From: a virus
DNA length: 45,141 bases
Reading direction: 5' to 3' (one strand)
Virus record (IMG/VR): IMGVR_UViG_3300025598_000063
Below the pieces are notes generated by a model, which did not search any database, was not told the DNA's origin, and saw only the letters and a program-made list of their open reading frames with translations. The position numbers and the translations under genes were made by a program. The stretch's first letter is position 1. Each line of letters begins with the position of its first letter. This document shows positions 32,520-41,742 of this stretch, piece after piece.

Positions 32520-35107
32520 GCTGCTTGTGTCAATCCAGTAGCGGCCTGTAATGCACCTTGTTGAACCAGACTACCTGTCATATTTTGCACCACAACAGAT
32601 TGTGGTTGAATGATAGTAAAGGGGTATGCCGAACTTGTCTTTTTATTACCATCTACCGGTGATGGTGGCGTGATTCCAGCATTGGCGGGTTGGTTTTCAA
32701 ATTTCCGCAAGTAATCCTTGCCCAGCGGCCCTGCCTTCGATAGTGGACTTGCTCCTTTATCCAAAATGGTTTCGCCTTGATGATAAGCCAAAACCGCTTC
32801 AGACAAATTGCCATGCGTCTTGGTCATCAAACGATGTAAATGCTTTGCCGCCAATTGCGCTGATTTCTTTTCATCATACAAATCTTCCATCGTGACATTT
32901 GGATCATAATCCTTTGCCGTTGACGGTTTCATCTGAAAAAAGCCATACGCTCCTTTTCCGGCATAACTTAAATTCTTTCCACCGGCACTTTCGTTTTGTT
33001 CAATCTTTGCTAATGTTCCGGCTGGCAATCCCTCTGCTTTTTCAATTTCTGCAAATTTGCTCTTGTCGTAAACAATCGGGCCTTTGTAAGAAAAATCATT
33101 AGCCGGAGCAGCACTGCTTTCTTTTCCAAACAATCCTTTTGGTACATCTTTTAACGAAGCCGGAGCAGCAGGAGATTTAACAGCGGTTTCTCCATATAAC
33201 ATCTTGTACAACCAAGAGCTTTTGTCTAACGGAGGCGTATTCTTTGCTTGCAGATCAGAATCAAATAAATCTCTTAGATCAAATGTACCCTTTATGGTCA
33301 GCCACAAACCTTCTACGGCTTTCTCTAAATTCTCTACAAAGGAATGTTCAAACAGTTCAGCGACACCGCCCAAACCTTTTGACATACCCACCATGACATC
33401 GGTAAAACCGTTTTCAATGTTGATCAATCCGGGAGATATTTTTCCTACAAATTCTGTCCAAGCATTGGACATTTTTGCAAGATTCACAGATGTTGCATCA
33501 CCCAATTTCGTGATTGCTTGTGCGGATTTTTTCATCTCAGGCGTTTCTTTATCCAAAGCATCCAGATTTGCCATACGCGCTTTTTGTTCGGTTTCAGATG
33601 TGTTTTTCATTTGATTGATTGCCGCAGGACTCATACCAAAGTATTTAGTCAAAACCTGACCGGCTTGCGATTCAATACCAAAATTCGGTTTCTTAACCTC
33701 TTTAAACGCATATTCCAACAGTTTTTTGTACGTTTCGAGATTTGATGCTTGTGGCGCAGCACCCACAAATTCACGCATCACATCGCGTGTTTGAAAGCTG
33801 AGTGACTTTTCGGCAATGGTGGATAAGACTTCACCAGCATTGATACCGTACTTTTCAGATGCCTCGGCTGCACGTTTTTCGGTCAACGACAATCCCAAGC
33901 CTTTTGCTTCTTGTATCTCGCCGGCTACCTTTGCGCCATAATCAAAAGTAAATTTCTTCGCTTCGTATAGTCCTGCGACACCAAGACCTAGCGTTGCCCA
34001 TTCTTTTAGGGTTTTGGTTGTTTCATTGACTTCACTGCGTATGCTTTTAAACGGCGTTTCAATCTTTTTGGCATTCTTTTCGGCTTCTTTGTAACCATTG
34101 TTGCGCTCACGCTCATACTCTTCATCTTTCTTTTTATTCAGTGCGCGATCATCGGACAAGATAGACGGAATCGATTGACGCCGGCGTTTGAAATCCCGCA
34201 TCAAATCTTGTTCTTCTTGTTTCTTAGCGTTTTCTTCAAACTTCAAACGGCGTTGTTCATCAATCGTTGCTGCCTTTTCATCGGCAACACGTTTCTTTTC
34301 TTCCGCTTTCTGTTGTTTTGTTTCTTCGGCAAGACGTTGCTTTTCAACCTGTGCTTGATATCTTTCTCTAGCCTTTAAGGTTTTGCTAATCTCATCGTCA
34401 ATGGCCTTTTCTTCTTGCGCCATTTGTTTCTGACGTTTTGTTTTGGCACTTTCTTCTTGCGCCAATTTCTTGTCTTGTTCTTTCTTGAGTGCCTTATCAA
34501 ACTTCTCTTGAGCTTTGAGCGTGGCTTGTATTTCTTTTTCTTTGGCATTTTGCTCGGCTAGAATTGCCTTTTCTTGCTTTTCACGCGCTTTGGCTTCTTC
34601 ACGATCTTTTTTAGCCTGTGCTTTCGCAACTTCTTCAGCATACTTCTTAGCCGCTTTTTCTTCAGCAACACGTTTTTTTTCTAACTCTTTCGCAGCCTTT
34701 TCCTGTTCCTTTTGACGCGAATCTTCTTCCTTCTTAACCTTTTCAGTGGCTGGTTGAGATTCTTTAATCTTTTCTTGAGTTTGATCTTTTAAAGTCGGAA
34801 TTGAACCGACAGCTCGAAACGCTTCAGCCGTTTGCTTGATGGCATCGGTAACGGATTTTGCTGATTTGGTTACGTTTTGAAGATTGGCATCTACCTTGGC
34901 AATAGATTGAGCAATCTGATCTGCACTGGTGCTGACTGCTTTAAGAGAATCCGCAGCACCCGCTGCCTCTCTAATTGCATCGCTAACTTGCGCCCATTGT
35001 TTGGGCATCTTGTCCAACATTTCTTTATAGCGATTGAACGCTTCCAGAAACGCCGTAAACGATTCCGCTTTTACATCAATGTCAATAACACTGCGAAACT
35101 CGCTCAC
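32516..35107 (-). CDS. Tape measure protein with C-terminal lytic transglycosylase (SLT) domain
   Basis: 863 aa, GTG start overlapping the chaperone stop (GTGA). Long Lys/Glu-rich coiled coil (residues ~105-350) and an SLT signature IEQNESAGG...GAYGFFQM. Confidence 0.85.
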   Translation of the reverse strand: MSEFRSVIDIDVKAESFTAFLEAFNRYKEMLDKMPKQWAQVSDAIREAAGAADSLKAVSTSADQIAQSIAKVDANLQNVTKSAKSVTDAIKQTAEAFRAVGSIPTLKDQTQEKIKESQPATEKVKKEEDSRQKEQEKAAKELEKKRVAEEKAAKKYAEEVAKAQAKKDREEAKAREKQEKAILAEQNAKEKEIQATLKAQEKFDKALKKEQDKKLAQEESAKTKRQKQMAQEEKAIDDEISKTLKARERYQAQVEKQRLAEETKQQKAEEKKRVADEKAATIDEQRRLKFEENAKKQEEQDLMRDFKRRRQSIPSILSDDRALNKKKDEEYERERNNGYKEAEKNAKKIETPFKSIRSEVNETTKTLKEWATLGLGVAGLYEAKKFTFDYGAKVAGEIQEAKGLGLSLTEKRAAEASEKYGINAGEVLSTIAEKSLSFQTRDVMREFVGAAPQASNLETYKKLLEYAFKEVKKPNFGIESQAGQVLTKYFGMSPAAINQMKNTSETEQKARMANLDALDKETPEMKKSAQAITKLGDATSVNLAKMSNAWTEFVGKISPGLINIENGFTDVMVGMSKGLGGVAELFEHSFVENLEKAVEGLWLTIKGTFDLRDLFDSDLQAKNTPPLDKSSWLYKMLYGETAVKSPAAPASLKDVPKGLFGKESSAAPANDFSYKGPIVYDKSKFAEIEKAEGLPAGTLAKIEQNESAGGKNLSYAGKGAYGFFQMKPSTAKDYDPNVTMEDLYDEKKSAQLAAKHLHRLMTKTHGNLSEAVLAYHQGETILDKGASPLSKAGPLGKDYLRKFENQPANAGITPPSPVDGNKKTSSAYPFTIIQPQSVVVQNMTGSLVQQGALQAATGLTQAA

Positions 35108-35401
35108 AAGACACCCCTTGTCTGAATGGCACGGATTATATACCGCTGCCTAAATTCTAACGCACTTGCATAACCGAGTGTCTTAAAAACTTCAGTAAAT
35201 CCTATTCCCGCTCCCCACTCTAATGCGGAACTGATGAGGTGGGTGTCGTAGAATCTTCGACCGGAGTCGATGTCTGCAATGTATTGATCCATTCCATAGG
35301 CATCAATGATGTCAAAGACCAATTGTGCATTTCGGCTACGCTCTGGATCATCGTCTTGCGGATCAATCTCGGTAGGCCGTGCCAATTTAATGTAAAAAAA
35401 A
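35104..35401 (-). CDS. Frameshift extension of the chaperone (GT / E+E'-like product, ~226 aa when fused at the T-run)
   Basis: ORF 35484..35104 is in the -1 frame relative to 35783..35220 (start coordinates 0 vs 2 mod 3 on the minus strand) and is open across the slippery site. Confidence 0.5.
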
Positions 35402-35783
35402 CCGCTGCACTGATGACCTCCTCCACTGAATCCTGCGAAATCTTCTTTTGTTTTACCGCAACTTCTAATGGCAAAACAATCCAACCCTTTTCATCTAATA
35501 CACAAACACTCGTTAAACGTCTGATTTCATTTATTAAACCCGCTTTGACGTTTTCCAATTGACCCATTTTCTCTGCCACTTCTTCTAGCAAATAAATGGA
35601 GATTTTTGGGCCAGCTAACATATTGATGCCTTCAGCGTGTAATACGCTAAAGGCTTTAGACAGCGGAAGATAGAATTTCTTGAACACTTCTTTGGGGATC
35701 GGCATTGAATGCACCCAAAGCGTATTTTCTTCTTCAATAGGAATGACTAAATTAAAGTCACTAGAAATAGTGATTTCAGACAT
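35220..35783 (-). CDS. Tail assembly chaperone (G / gpE-like), 187 aa
   Basis: Lies directly upstream of the tape measure gene. It contains a T8 slippery run, and an overlapping -1 frame ORF reaches the TMP start. Confidence 0.6.
   Translation of the reverse strand: MSEITISSDFNLVIPIEEENTLWVHSMPIPKEVFKKFYLPLSKAFSVLHAEGINMLAGPKISIYLLEEVAEKMGQLENVKAGLINEIRRLTSVCVLDEKGWIVLPLEVAVKQKKISQDSVEEVISAAVFFTLNWHGLPRLIRKTMIQSVAEMHNWSLTSLMPMEWINTLQTSTPVEDSTTPTSSVPH
35394..35401 (-). other. Slippery sequence G GTT TTT TTT A (T8) for a programmed -1 frameshift
   Basis: Plus strand shows A8 at 35394-35401. In frame A it reads V-F-F and in frame B G-F-F-Y. P2 E/E+E' uses a similar T-run. Confidence 0.5.
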
Positions 35784-35803
35784 GGGAGGTGGTTCCCTAA
35801 GTT

Positions 35804-35822
35804 AAAAAGCCCCCGAAGGGGC
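35804..35822 (-). terminator. Rho-independent terminator after the tube-like gene
   Basis: GCCCC CGAA GGGGC followed by T5 on the minus strand. The 21-mer is the same as at 40651-40671. Confidence 0.8.
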
Positions 35823-35829
35823 TTTATGA

Positions 35830-36300
35830 TTAAACCCCAGCAGGATTTGCAATAAATCCAGTATAGAGTACAGAGTTAATGTAGTAGGTTCCTTGGATCG
35901 TAACCATAAATCCTGCATCACGACCTGTAAACGGTAATTCAGCCACTTCCACAATTGCACAATTTGCAATTTCATAAGTAGGCAAACTAGCACTATCTGG
36001 ATAGATAGTAATGTCACCAATCAAGGTGCTGAACTCAATCTGCTGCTTGTACAAAGCTGACAGGTTTTGAGTGCGCAGCAAGTGCATCTTGATTACCGCA
36101 GTCTGATAGGGAGCGGGTGAAGTCACCAACCCCGTCAAACTGGTCAACATATTAGTTTGCTCACCGGTGAAAGCAATACTGATTGCATCTGTTCCCAAGA
36201 AAGATGCAGATACATTGAGAATCGGATAAGCAGGAACTTGTACCTGTGCTTGTATCCGGTTTAATGTACCTTGCGGCGTGAATTGATTAGGATTAGCCAT
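35830..36300 (-). CDS. Tail tube-like protein candidate (156 aa)
   Basis: Position: after the 434-aa gene and before the chaperones. Followed by a strong terminator, as expected for an abundant structural protein. Confidence 0.45.
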   Translation of the reverse strand: MANPNQFTPQGTLNRIQAQVQVPAYPILNVSASFLGTDAISIAFTGEQTNMLTSLTGLVTSPAPYQTAVIKMHLLRTQNLSALYKQQIEFSTLIGDITIYPDSASLPTYEIANCAIVEVAELPFTGRDAGFMVTIQGTYYINSVLYTGFIANPAGV

Positions 36301-36303
36301 TTC

Positions 36304-37608
36304 TTACACTCCAATCGGGAAGTTAGAGACAGTTACATTAAATGTAATCTGAGTGAATCCGGTGCTGGGTGTATATGTCACAGCCAAACCGTTGTAAGTA
36401 CCCGTAGCGTAATCACTTGGATTCTCAGCAACATACGTTGTGAAAGCAACCGCAGTAACTTTAACAGGTGCTAATGCAAGACCATAACCAATTGCTGTAT
36501 TCATCACGCTTTGAGCAGAAGCCTGTAAACGGTTGATACCAGTTTGGTTGTAGTACAAAGGATTTGAGGTTGTGTTGCTGCCATTGATAATCGTGTTGCT
36601 GATAATCAAGTTTGCATTGATCTGCACCCAATCGACTGAGTACCAGTATAAGAAATCATTGCCGTCACCGGTGGTTCCCCATACTTGCATATTGTTTGAG
36701 ATACCACCCTCTGCTCCGGTAGTCACCCAATTCACAAACGCTGCTTTCAATGTAGTTTGCTGAGTAAGCGACAAAGTAACAGGAGTTACGCCAAACAAGT
36801 AGCGGAAGGAGAAAGGAGGAACCGAACGTGCAGGGCTAGGTGCGGCAGAACAAACTTGCCATGCCATCGCCGCACCATCCCACTCGGTTGCACCGGCATT
36901 TGCATTGGTATACCAAGCAAACACAGATTTAATTCCGCTGTAGTGCGTGACCGTACCGCTAGTTACAGGAGCAAAGAAATAGGTCTGCGCTGTATTCGAT
37001 GTGTAGGTGTTGGCTAAAGTCTTAAACGCCGCTACCGTATCCCAATATGACGGAATCACAAAGACATAGTATGTCAGCGGATGCGCAATTAACCATGCGT
37101 CAAAATTTGCCACAGCCGTAGCAACCGGTACTGCACCCACTTCAAGCACGTACACACCAGTGCTAGAACCTTGTGCAAACCAAGTGGTTGCCATCGCATT
37201 AAGATCAGTCGCACCTTGTGCTTGTGCTGTACCGGGAACAGTCAATGTGCCGGGATCATTCATCAATTCATAAGTGAATGTGGTTGTACCCGTTACAGTA
37301 GCAACAAAACTACCGTTGAACCCTGCGGGAGTACATCCAGCAACTGTAATTCCTATTACTGTACCTGATGCAATACCCAAAGTAGTTGCGGTCGTAACAG
37401 TTGCAACTTCAGAAGCCCATGAGATGGTGCTAATGACAACTGAAGGTTGTAGGATTTCAGTTAAATCAGAAAGTTGTGCTAAGTAAACGCTTGAACCTTC
37501 GGTAAGATTCGTGCCGCCTTGCGATACCAAGCAACCTTTGCCTTGGTAAGTATTAGGAGCCGGAGCAACCAGTGAGGTAACTGCGACTGTAACGATTTGA
37601 TTAGACAT
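36304..37608 (-). CDS. Tail sheath-like / major tail protein candidate (434 aa)
   Basis: Size and position immediately upstream of the tube-like gene, with baseplate V/J-like genes downstream. No motif verified. Confidence 0.4.
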   Translation of the reverse strand: MSNQIVTVAVTSLVAPAPNTYQGKGCLVSQGGTNLTEGSSVYLAQLSDLTEILQPSVVISTISWASEVATVTTATTLGIASGTVIGITVAGCTPAGFNGSFVATVTGTTTFTYELMNDPGTLTVPGTAQAQGATDLNAMATTWFAQGSSTGVYVLEVGAVPVATAVANFDAWLIAHPLTYYVFVIPSYWDTVAAFKTLANTYTSNTAQTYFFAPVTSGTVTHYSGIKSVFAWYTNANAGATEWDGAAMAWQVCSAAPSPARSVPPFSFRYLFGVTPVTLSLTQQTTLKAAFVNWVTTGAEGGISNNMQVWGTTGDGNDFLYWYSVDWVQINANLIISNTIINGSNTTSNPLYYNQTGINRLQASAQSVMNTAIGYGLALAPVKVTAVAFTTYVAENPSDYATGTYNGLAVTYTPSTGFTQITFNVTVSNFPIGV

Positions 37609-37621
37609 GGCAGTTCCTCAA

Positions 37622-37981
37622 TTAAACGTATGAAACAGCAAGCGTTTGTCCAGTACCGGGAGTGATAACCAAGCCAGCAGTGAATGGGAAATCAATTTCA
37701 TACACGCCAACAGTCGCGGGAATCACAGCTAATTGATTGGTAATGCCAGCACCGCCTGTAGTAGCGGAATCATTCACGCCACCTACGCCAGAACCGGCAA
37801 CCAAAACCGAAACACTAGCAACACGCCCCGCACCCGTTTTTACTTGGGTAACAGCAGTGATGTTAAGACGGCGTGAGACTGAACTGCCTACGACTTGAAC
37901 ACGGTTCGCATCGGTAATACCCAGCACAGCCGCGCTGGAAGGATTTGTTAAAGTTGCTGCTGATAAGGGGCCGATAGCCAT
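37622..37981 (-). CDS. Hypothetical structural protein (119 aa)
   Basis: ORF track; Gly/Val/Thr-rich and beta-rich. Confidence 0.5.
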   Translation of the reverse strand: MAIGPLSAATLTNPSSAAVLGITDANRVQVVGSSVSRRLNITAVTQVKTGAGRVASVSVLVAGSGVGGVNDSATTGGAGITNQLAVIPATVGVYEIDFPFTAGLVITPGTGQTLAVSYV

Positions 37982-38022
37982 GTCAAATCTCCTGTTAAGG
38001 GGCTGGGGTCATTATGATGCTT

Positions 38023-38988
38023 TTACAGCGGTTCCACAATATACGACATTGTAGCGTGTTGAATCAGTTTTTGGGCAATTTCAAGCGCAGCCGTTTGATA
38101 ATAAGACACTCTGAATTTGATGGTCTTTTTTTGCGCCAAAGTGGTCAATTCGCGCTGCGTTCGTTTCATATCTCTTACCGATGGCATACTCATCAAACCC
38201 ATCTGATTACCATTCAAAGTAATCCAATTCAAAATATCTTGTAGATACGTCAACGCCTCATTATTGCGTAGACCGTAGGTCGTTATGATGACATCATCGT
38301 AAACCAGTTGCCACGGATTTCCCAAAGAATCAATGACCGGCAATGCCTGTATCGCACTTGTATGATCAGGTTCAATATGAATAACCGCATAAGGCGGTTT
38401 GGTGTTTGCGGGAACCAAGAAACTGGTATACGTCATCGGCACATTGGTTGGAATGCTTAACCAATAGGGCAAAGAATTGCTGACAACAGGTAATTCATTT
38501 AAATAACTTGTGTCGTTAATTACCTGACTTGCCATCGCGGGTTCAACCGCAATACCTGTGTAGTGATACAACCCAGCCTGATCGTAATAAGCGTGTTGCT
38601 TGGAAAAGGAATATTGCACCCCGGCAATTGTCGCTAGATACAATGCTTGCGGGGCCAATTGATTTAAATCTTTGATTTCTTGATTGGTCGTCAAAATAAT
38701 GCCTGTGCGACCAAAGGTATCGTCTTCGCGCTGTTCTGTCTCAATCGTGTGGTGCAAAGAAGTGGGCGTTACTGTTATTTTAGTCGGCGGCATAACCGCG
38801 CCAAAGTTGTGCATCAAAGTAACACCATTGACCTCCGTAGACAGCACCCAAAATAGTGTTTGGTCTACTGGCAAAACAATTGCAACGTAGAGCGTGAAGA
38901 TAATCGTTTCTTGCGCAGAAAGGGTTTGAACGCCTGTGATCAAACCGGCTGCAATCTGACTTTGAGATTTTTTTGTTAAAGCTGGCAT
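38023..38988 (-). CDS. Hypothetical neck/tail-completion region protein (321 aa)
   Basis: ORF track; start overlaps the upstream stop. Confidence 0.5.
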   Translation of the reverse strand: MPALTKKSQSQIAAGLITGVQTLSAQETIIFTLYVAIVLPVDQTLFWVLSTEVNGVTLMHNFGAVMPPTKITVTPTSLHHTIETEQREDDTFGRTGIILTTNQEIKDLNQLAPQALYLATIAGVQYSFSKQHAYYDQAGLYHYTGIAVEPAMASQVINDTSYLNELPVVSNSLPYWLSIPTNVPMTYTSFLVPANTKPPYAVIHIEPDHTSAIQALPVIDSLGNPWQLVYDDVIITTYGLRNNEALTYLQDILNWITLNGNQMGLMSMPSVRDMKRTQRELTTLAQKKTIKFRVSYYQTAALEIAQKLIQHATMSYIVEPL

Positions 38989-39410
38989 TATTTACTTACC
39001 TTGGCAGCAAAGGCATTGACATAATCACCAGAATCTATAAACGATGGGCGTGGCTGACCTGTTTTAATGCCCATTACATATCCTTCTATAGATCGTTTTG
39101 TTGGTACGCCAGCAATATGATAATCCAAGCGTTTTTCGTCTAATGTTGTTTTGAATTCTTGTTGAATATCATAAGTGCCTAATGCAAATAAATTTACGCC
39201 TTCTTCGTTCAGTAATTCGAATGAATCAACGACCGATCTTGCTAACGCATCAGCCATCATCTGACCTTGCGTTAGAACAAAATCTTCCATAGTTCCGTAA
39301 TCAACCTCTAATTCTTTCGCAACTTCATAAATGCTGGTTGGCGCAGAATCGTCTGGACTCCAGTGCGGGCCATCCATTACGCCAAGGCTTAACTTCATGT
39401 CAAACCCCAC
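38988..39410 (-). CDS. Hypothetical head-tail joining region protein (140 aa)
   Basis: ORF track; 16-nt overlap with the upstream gene. Confidence 0.5.
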   Translation of the reverse strand: MGFDMKLSLGVMDGPHWSPDDSAPTSIYEVAKELEVDYGTMEDFVLTQGQMMADALARSVVDSFELLNEEGVNLFALGTYDIQQEFKTTLDEKRLDYHIAGVPTKRSIEGYVMGIKTGQPRPSFIDSGDYVNAFAAKVSK

Positions 39411-39958
39411 AACGTACCGGTGGACTGAGCAATTGCTAAATAAGCGCGACCATAGGGTGTACCAAATTGATTTAGAGAACCAATGGTCAGATTTTGCATG
39501 GCTTTAGATACAGCATAACTACTTTCCGTACCTTGATCGCTAGCATGGGTCACCAAACCCGTTCTAGGAGTTTGTAAATTCCATTGTTGTTGCAAATTAG
39601 CAAAAAATGTTTGCCCGGATTGGTCTGGCGACCAACTACATAGCCAATCCGCTGCCCAGTTATATACCGCTTCGGTGTAATCAATAGGGATAAGAACTGA
39701 AATCAATTTGTAGACGTTTGCGATTGCGTTCTCATAACTCCACGTCACCCATTGCGTGGGCAATTGTTGTGCGGAAATCTGTGCCACCAATAACGCTTCG
39801 GGTTCTGCCAATAGCGCAGCTTGTGCCGCAACGGAATCAATTGCCAAATTTGCAGGAGTTTGCACAAAAATGGCTTCCGCAGGGAAACCCTGATTCAGCA
39901 AGAAGGTAATGTAACCCTCAAGGGTTGGCGGGTAAAATGGCATTACGACTACAGGCAT
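39395..39958 (-). CDS. Head-tail connector candidate (187 aa from ATG 39958)
   Basis: AAGAGG RBS 5 nt before the ATG at 39958 (the ORF track uses GTG 39964). First gene after terminator 39994-40014. Confidence 0.45.
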   Translation of the reverse strand: MPVVVMPFYPPTLEGYITFLLNQGFPAEAIFVQTPANLAIDSVAAQAALLAEPEALLVAQISAQQLPTQWVTWSYENAIANVYKLISVLIPIDYTEAVYNWAADWLCSWSPDQSGQTFFANLQQQWNLQTPRTGLVTHASDQGTESSYAVSKAMQNLTIGSLNQFGTPYGRAYLAIAQSTGTLWGLT

Positions 39959-39993
39959 AGTCACCTCTTGCTTGTGATGCCATCATTGTAAAC

Positions 39994-40014
39994 AAAAACG
40001 CCCCAAAAGGGGCG
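39994..40014 (-). terminator. Rho-independent terminator after the 167-aa gene
   Basis: CGCCCC AAAA GGGGCG followed by T5 on the minus strand. Confidence 0.75.
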
Positions 40015-40019
40015 GTCTG

Positions 40020-40523
40020 TTATTTGCGTGGGCGACCGCGCTTGGGGGCGATTCCCTCTTTTGGAACTTCAATCGTTTCGCTTATCAAATTTCTGTTATC
40101 GGATGGGCCAGTAGATTGTTCGGTAATCTCAACTTCGGTTAAACCTTTTTGCGTCATCCCCATTTCTTGCGCCTTTTGCGCAATCATGTTGTCAGTCACA
40201 ATTGCACCAATTTCGCGCATATCTGCTGCACGGTCATCGGCATCTTGTTCTGTTTGCGCAATTCCGGCTTCAATTGTTTCTAACGAAATCGGCTTATTGA
40301 TCGAATAGCAATATCCCGAAAATTTCTTGTTTACCTTCTTCGCATCCACAAAACCGTATGCTTCATGTTGATTCACAATCGAATCAATATGATCTTGCGA
40401 CATATCAATTTTGATCTGTGCGCCCGCACGAATCATCTGCACAAATGGTCGTGGATTCTCCGGCAGCGAATAGCAGAACATTCGTTCTTGTTTTGAGCAA
40501 TTAGCAATATAAAAAGATGGCAT
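40020..40523 (-). CDS. Hypothetical 167-aa protein with a C-terminal AT-hook-like PKRGRPRK
   Basis: ORF track; GGAG RBS. Bracketed by terminators on both sides within the capsid module. Confidence 0.6.
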   Translation of the reverse strand: MPSFYIANCSKQERMFCYSLPENPRPFVQMIRAGAQIKIDMSQDHIDSIVNQHEAYGFVDAKKVNKKFSGYCYSINKPISLETIEAGIAQTEQDADDRAADMREIGAIVTDNMIAQKAQEMGMTQKGLTEVEITEQSTGPSDNRNLISETIEVPKEGIAPKRGRPRK

Positions 40524-40649
40524 AGATGTGTCTCCGGTGGTTGGATTAGATATAATCGGTTATCCAAGATTGGGGGGTGGTTCCTCATACCTTGGCTAGA
40601 GGGCCAACTGCCATAAGTAGTTGGCCTTCGTCTTTTTAGATTGTAAAAC

Positions 40650-40669
40650 AAAAAAGCCCCCGAAGGGGC
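40650..40669 (-). terminator. Rho-independent terminator after the major capsid gene
   Basis: GCCCC CGAA GGGGC followed by T6 on the minus strand, 20 nt after the MCP stop. Confidence 0.8.
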
Positions 40670-40688
40670 TTCTTTGGTTGACGCAAAA

Positions 40689-41720
40689 TTAAGCGTAAAA
40701 CGCGCTTAAAACGGTCAGTGCTTCTGGACGTAGTACCCAACCTGAGGTAGCTCTCATGGTGTACAAAACAGTCAATGCTGCATCAGGCAAGGGAGTAGGA
40801 ATCTCAGTAGGAGCAGCCACGTCAATCAACATCAAGCTAGTTGCTGTGGTGTTCGGTGTGAGAGTTGCAAAAATGTTGGTGTTGATTTGGTTGTTGGCTT
40901 TAGGAATCTTGATCTCAGGTGCAATCAAAAGAATCGCATCTGAACCGCCAGCACCTTGACCAATCAGGGTATCGTCTACTGCAAAGGATACATCGTCACC
41001 GCCCGCCCATTGAGCAACGGTTTCGATTACACCAGCAGCAGTCTCAACACCTGCACCAATACGTTGGAATTGAGTCAACTGCACAATACCGCCGTAAGAC
41101 AACTGGCTAATTACGCGCTGGGGAGCCAAGAACACTAAACGCAGGGGCTGACCAATTTGCAGAGTACGAACCTTCAAACCACCAATCAAGTTCAAGAAGA
41201 ACTGTGCAAGTTGACCGGAATCCCATGTTGACAGTGTGGTGTTGCCATTGCTGTCAGCAGGAAGGGTTACGGTGGTCGCGCCCGCAGTGTTCAACAGACC
41301 TTCACCAGAATTGGCGTTGTTGAAACCATACAACAGTGCATTACGCATCTGCTGCGCAATACCTTGACGTGCAGCTAAACGCATCGCTTCGGGCAAGGAG
41401 AAACCCCAATGTCCAGCAGCAGTCTCATCAAAACCGTCATACTGCGCACGGGTTTGAATACGATAGGTAGGGGTGCTGATCATGTTGGGGATCACCGTTG
41501 CACTTGGCAATTGGTTTACGGTGGATTGATTTGCAGAAACTTGAGTGGTCAATTGCATTTTTTTGGCATACACATAAAGATCGCCAGTTCCCAAGCGGGT
41601 CATGGGTTTCTCAGTTGCCAAGGTAGTGAATGCGCCGGATGCCAATGAATACTGAATGATGAACTCAGGCATCATAAAGTGAGGATTGGCGGTAATAAAA
41701 CTGGGTGCGAATGCTGACAT
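40689..41720 (-). CDS. Major capsid protein candidate (343 aa)
   Basis: Position after the scaffold-like gene, typical size, and a strong terminator directly downstream. Confidence 0.65.
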   Translation of the reverse strand: MSAFAPSFITANPHFMMPEFIIQYSLASGAFTTLATEKPMTRLGTGDLYVYAKKMQLTTQVSANQSTVNQLPSATVIPNMISTPTYRIQTRAQYDGFDETAAGHWGFSLPEAMRLAARQGIAQQMRNALLYGFNNANSGEGLLNTAGATTVTLPADSNGNTTLSTWDSGQLAQFFLNLIGGLKVRTLQIGQPLRLVFLAPQRVISQLSYGGIVQLTQFQRIGAGVETAAGVIETVAQWAGGDDVSFAVDDTLIGQGAGGSDAILLIAPEIKIPKANNQINTNIFATLTPNTTATSLMLIDVAAPTEIPTPLPDAALTVLYTMRATSGWVLRPEALTVLSAFYA

Positions 41721-41742
41721 GGCTAGTTATCCTTTCGTTAGG

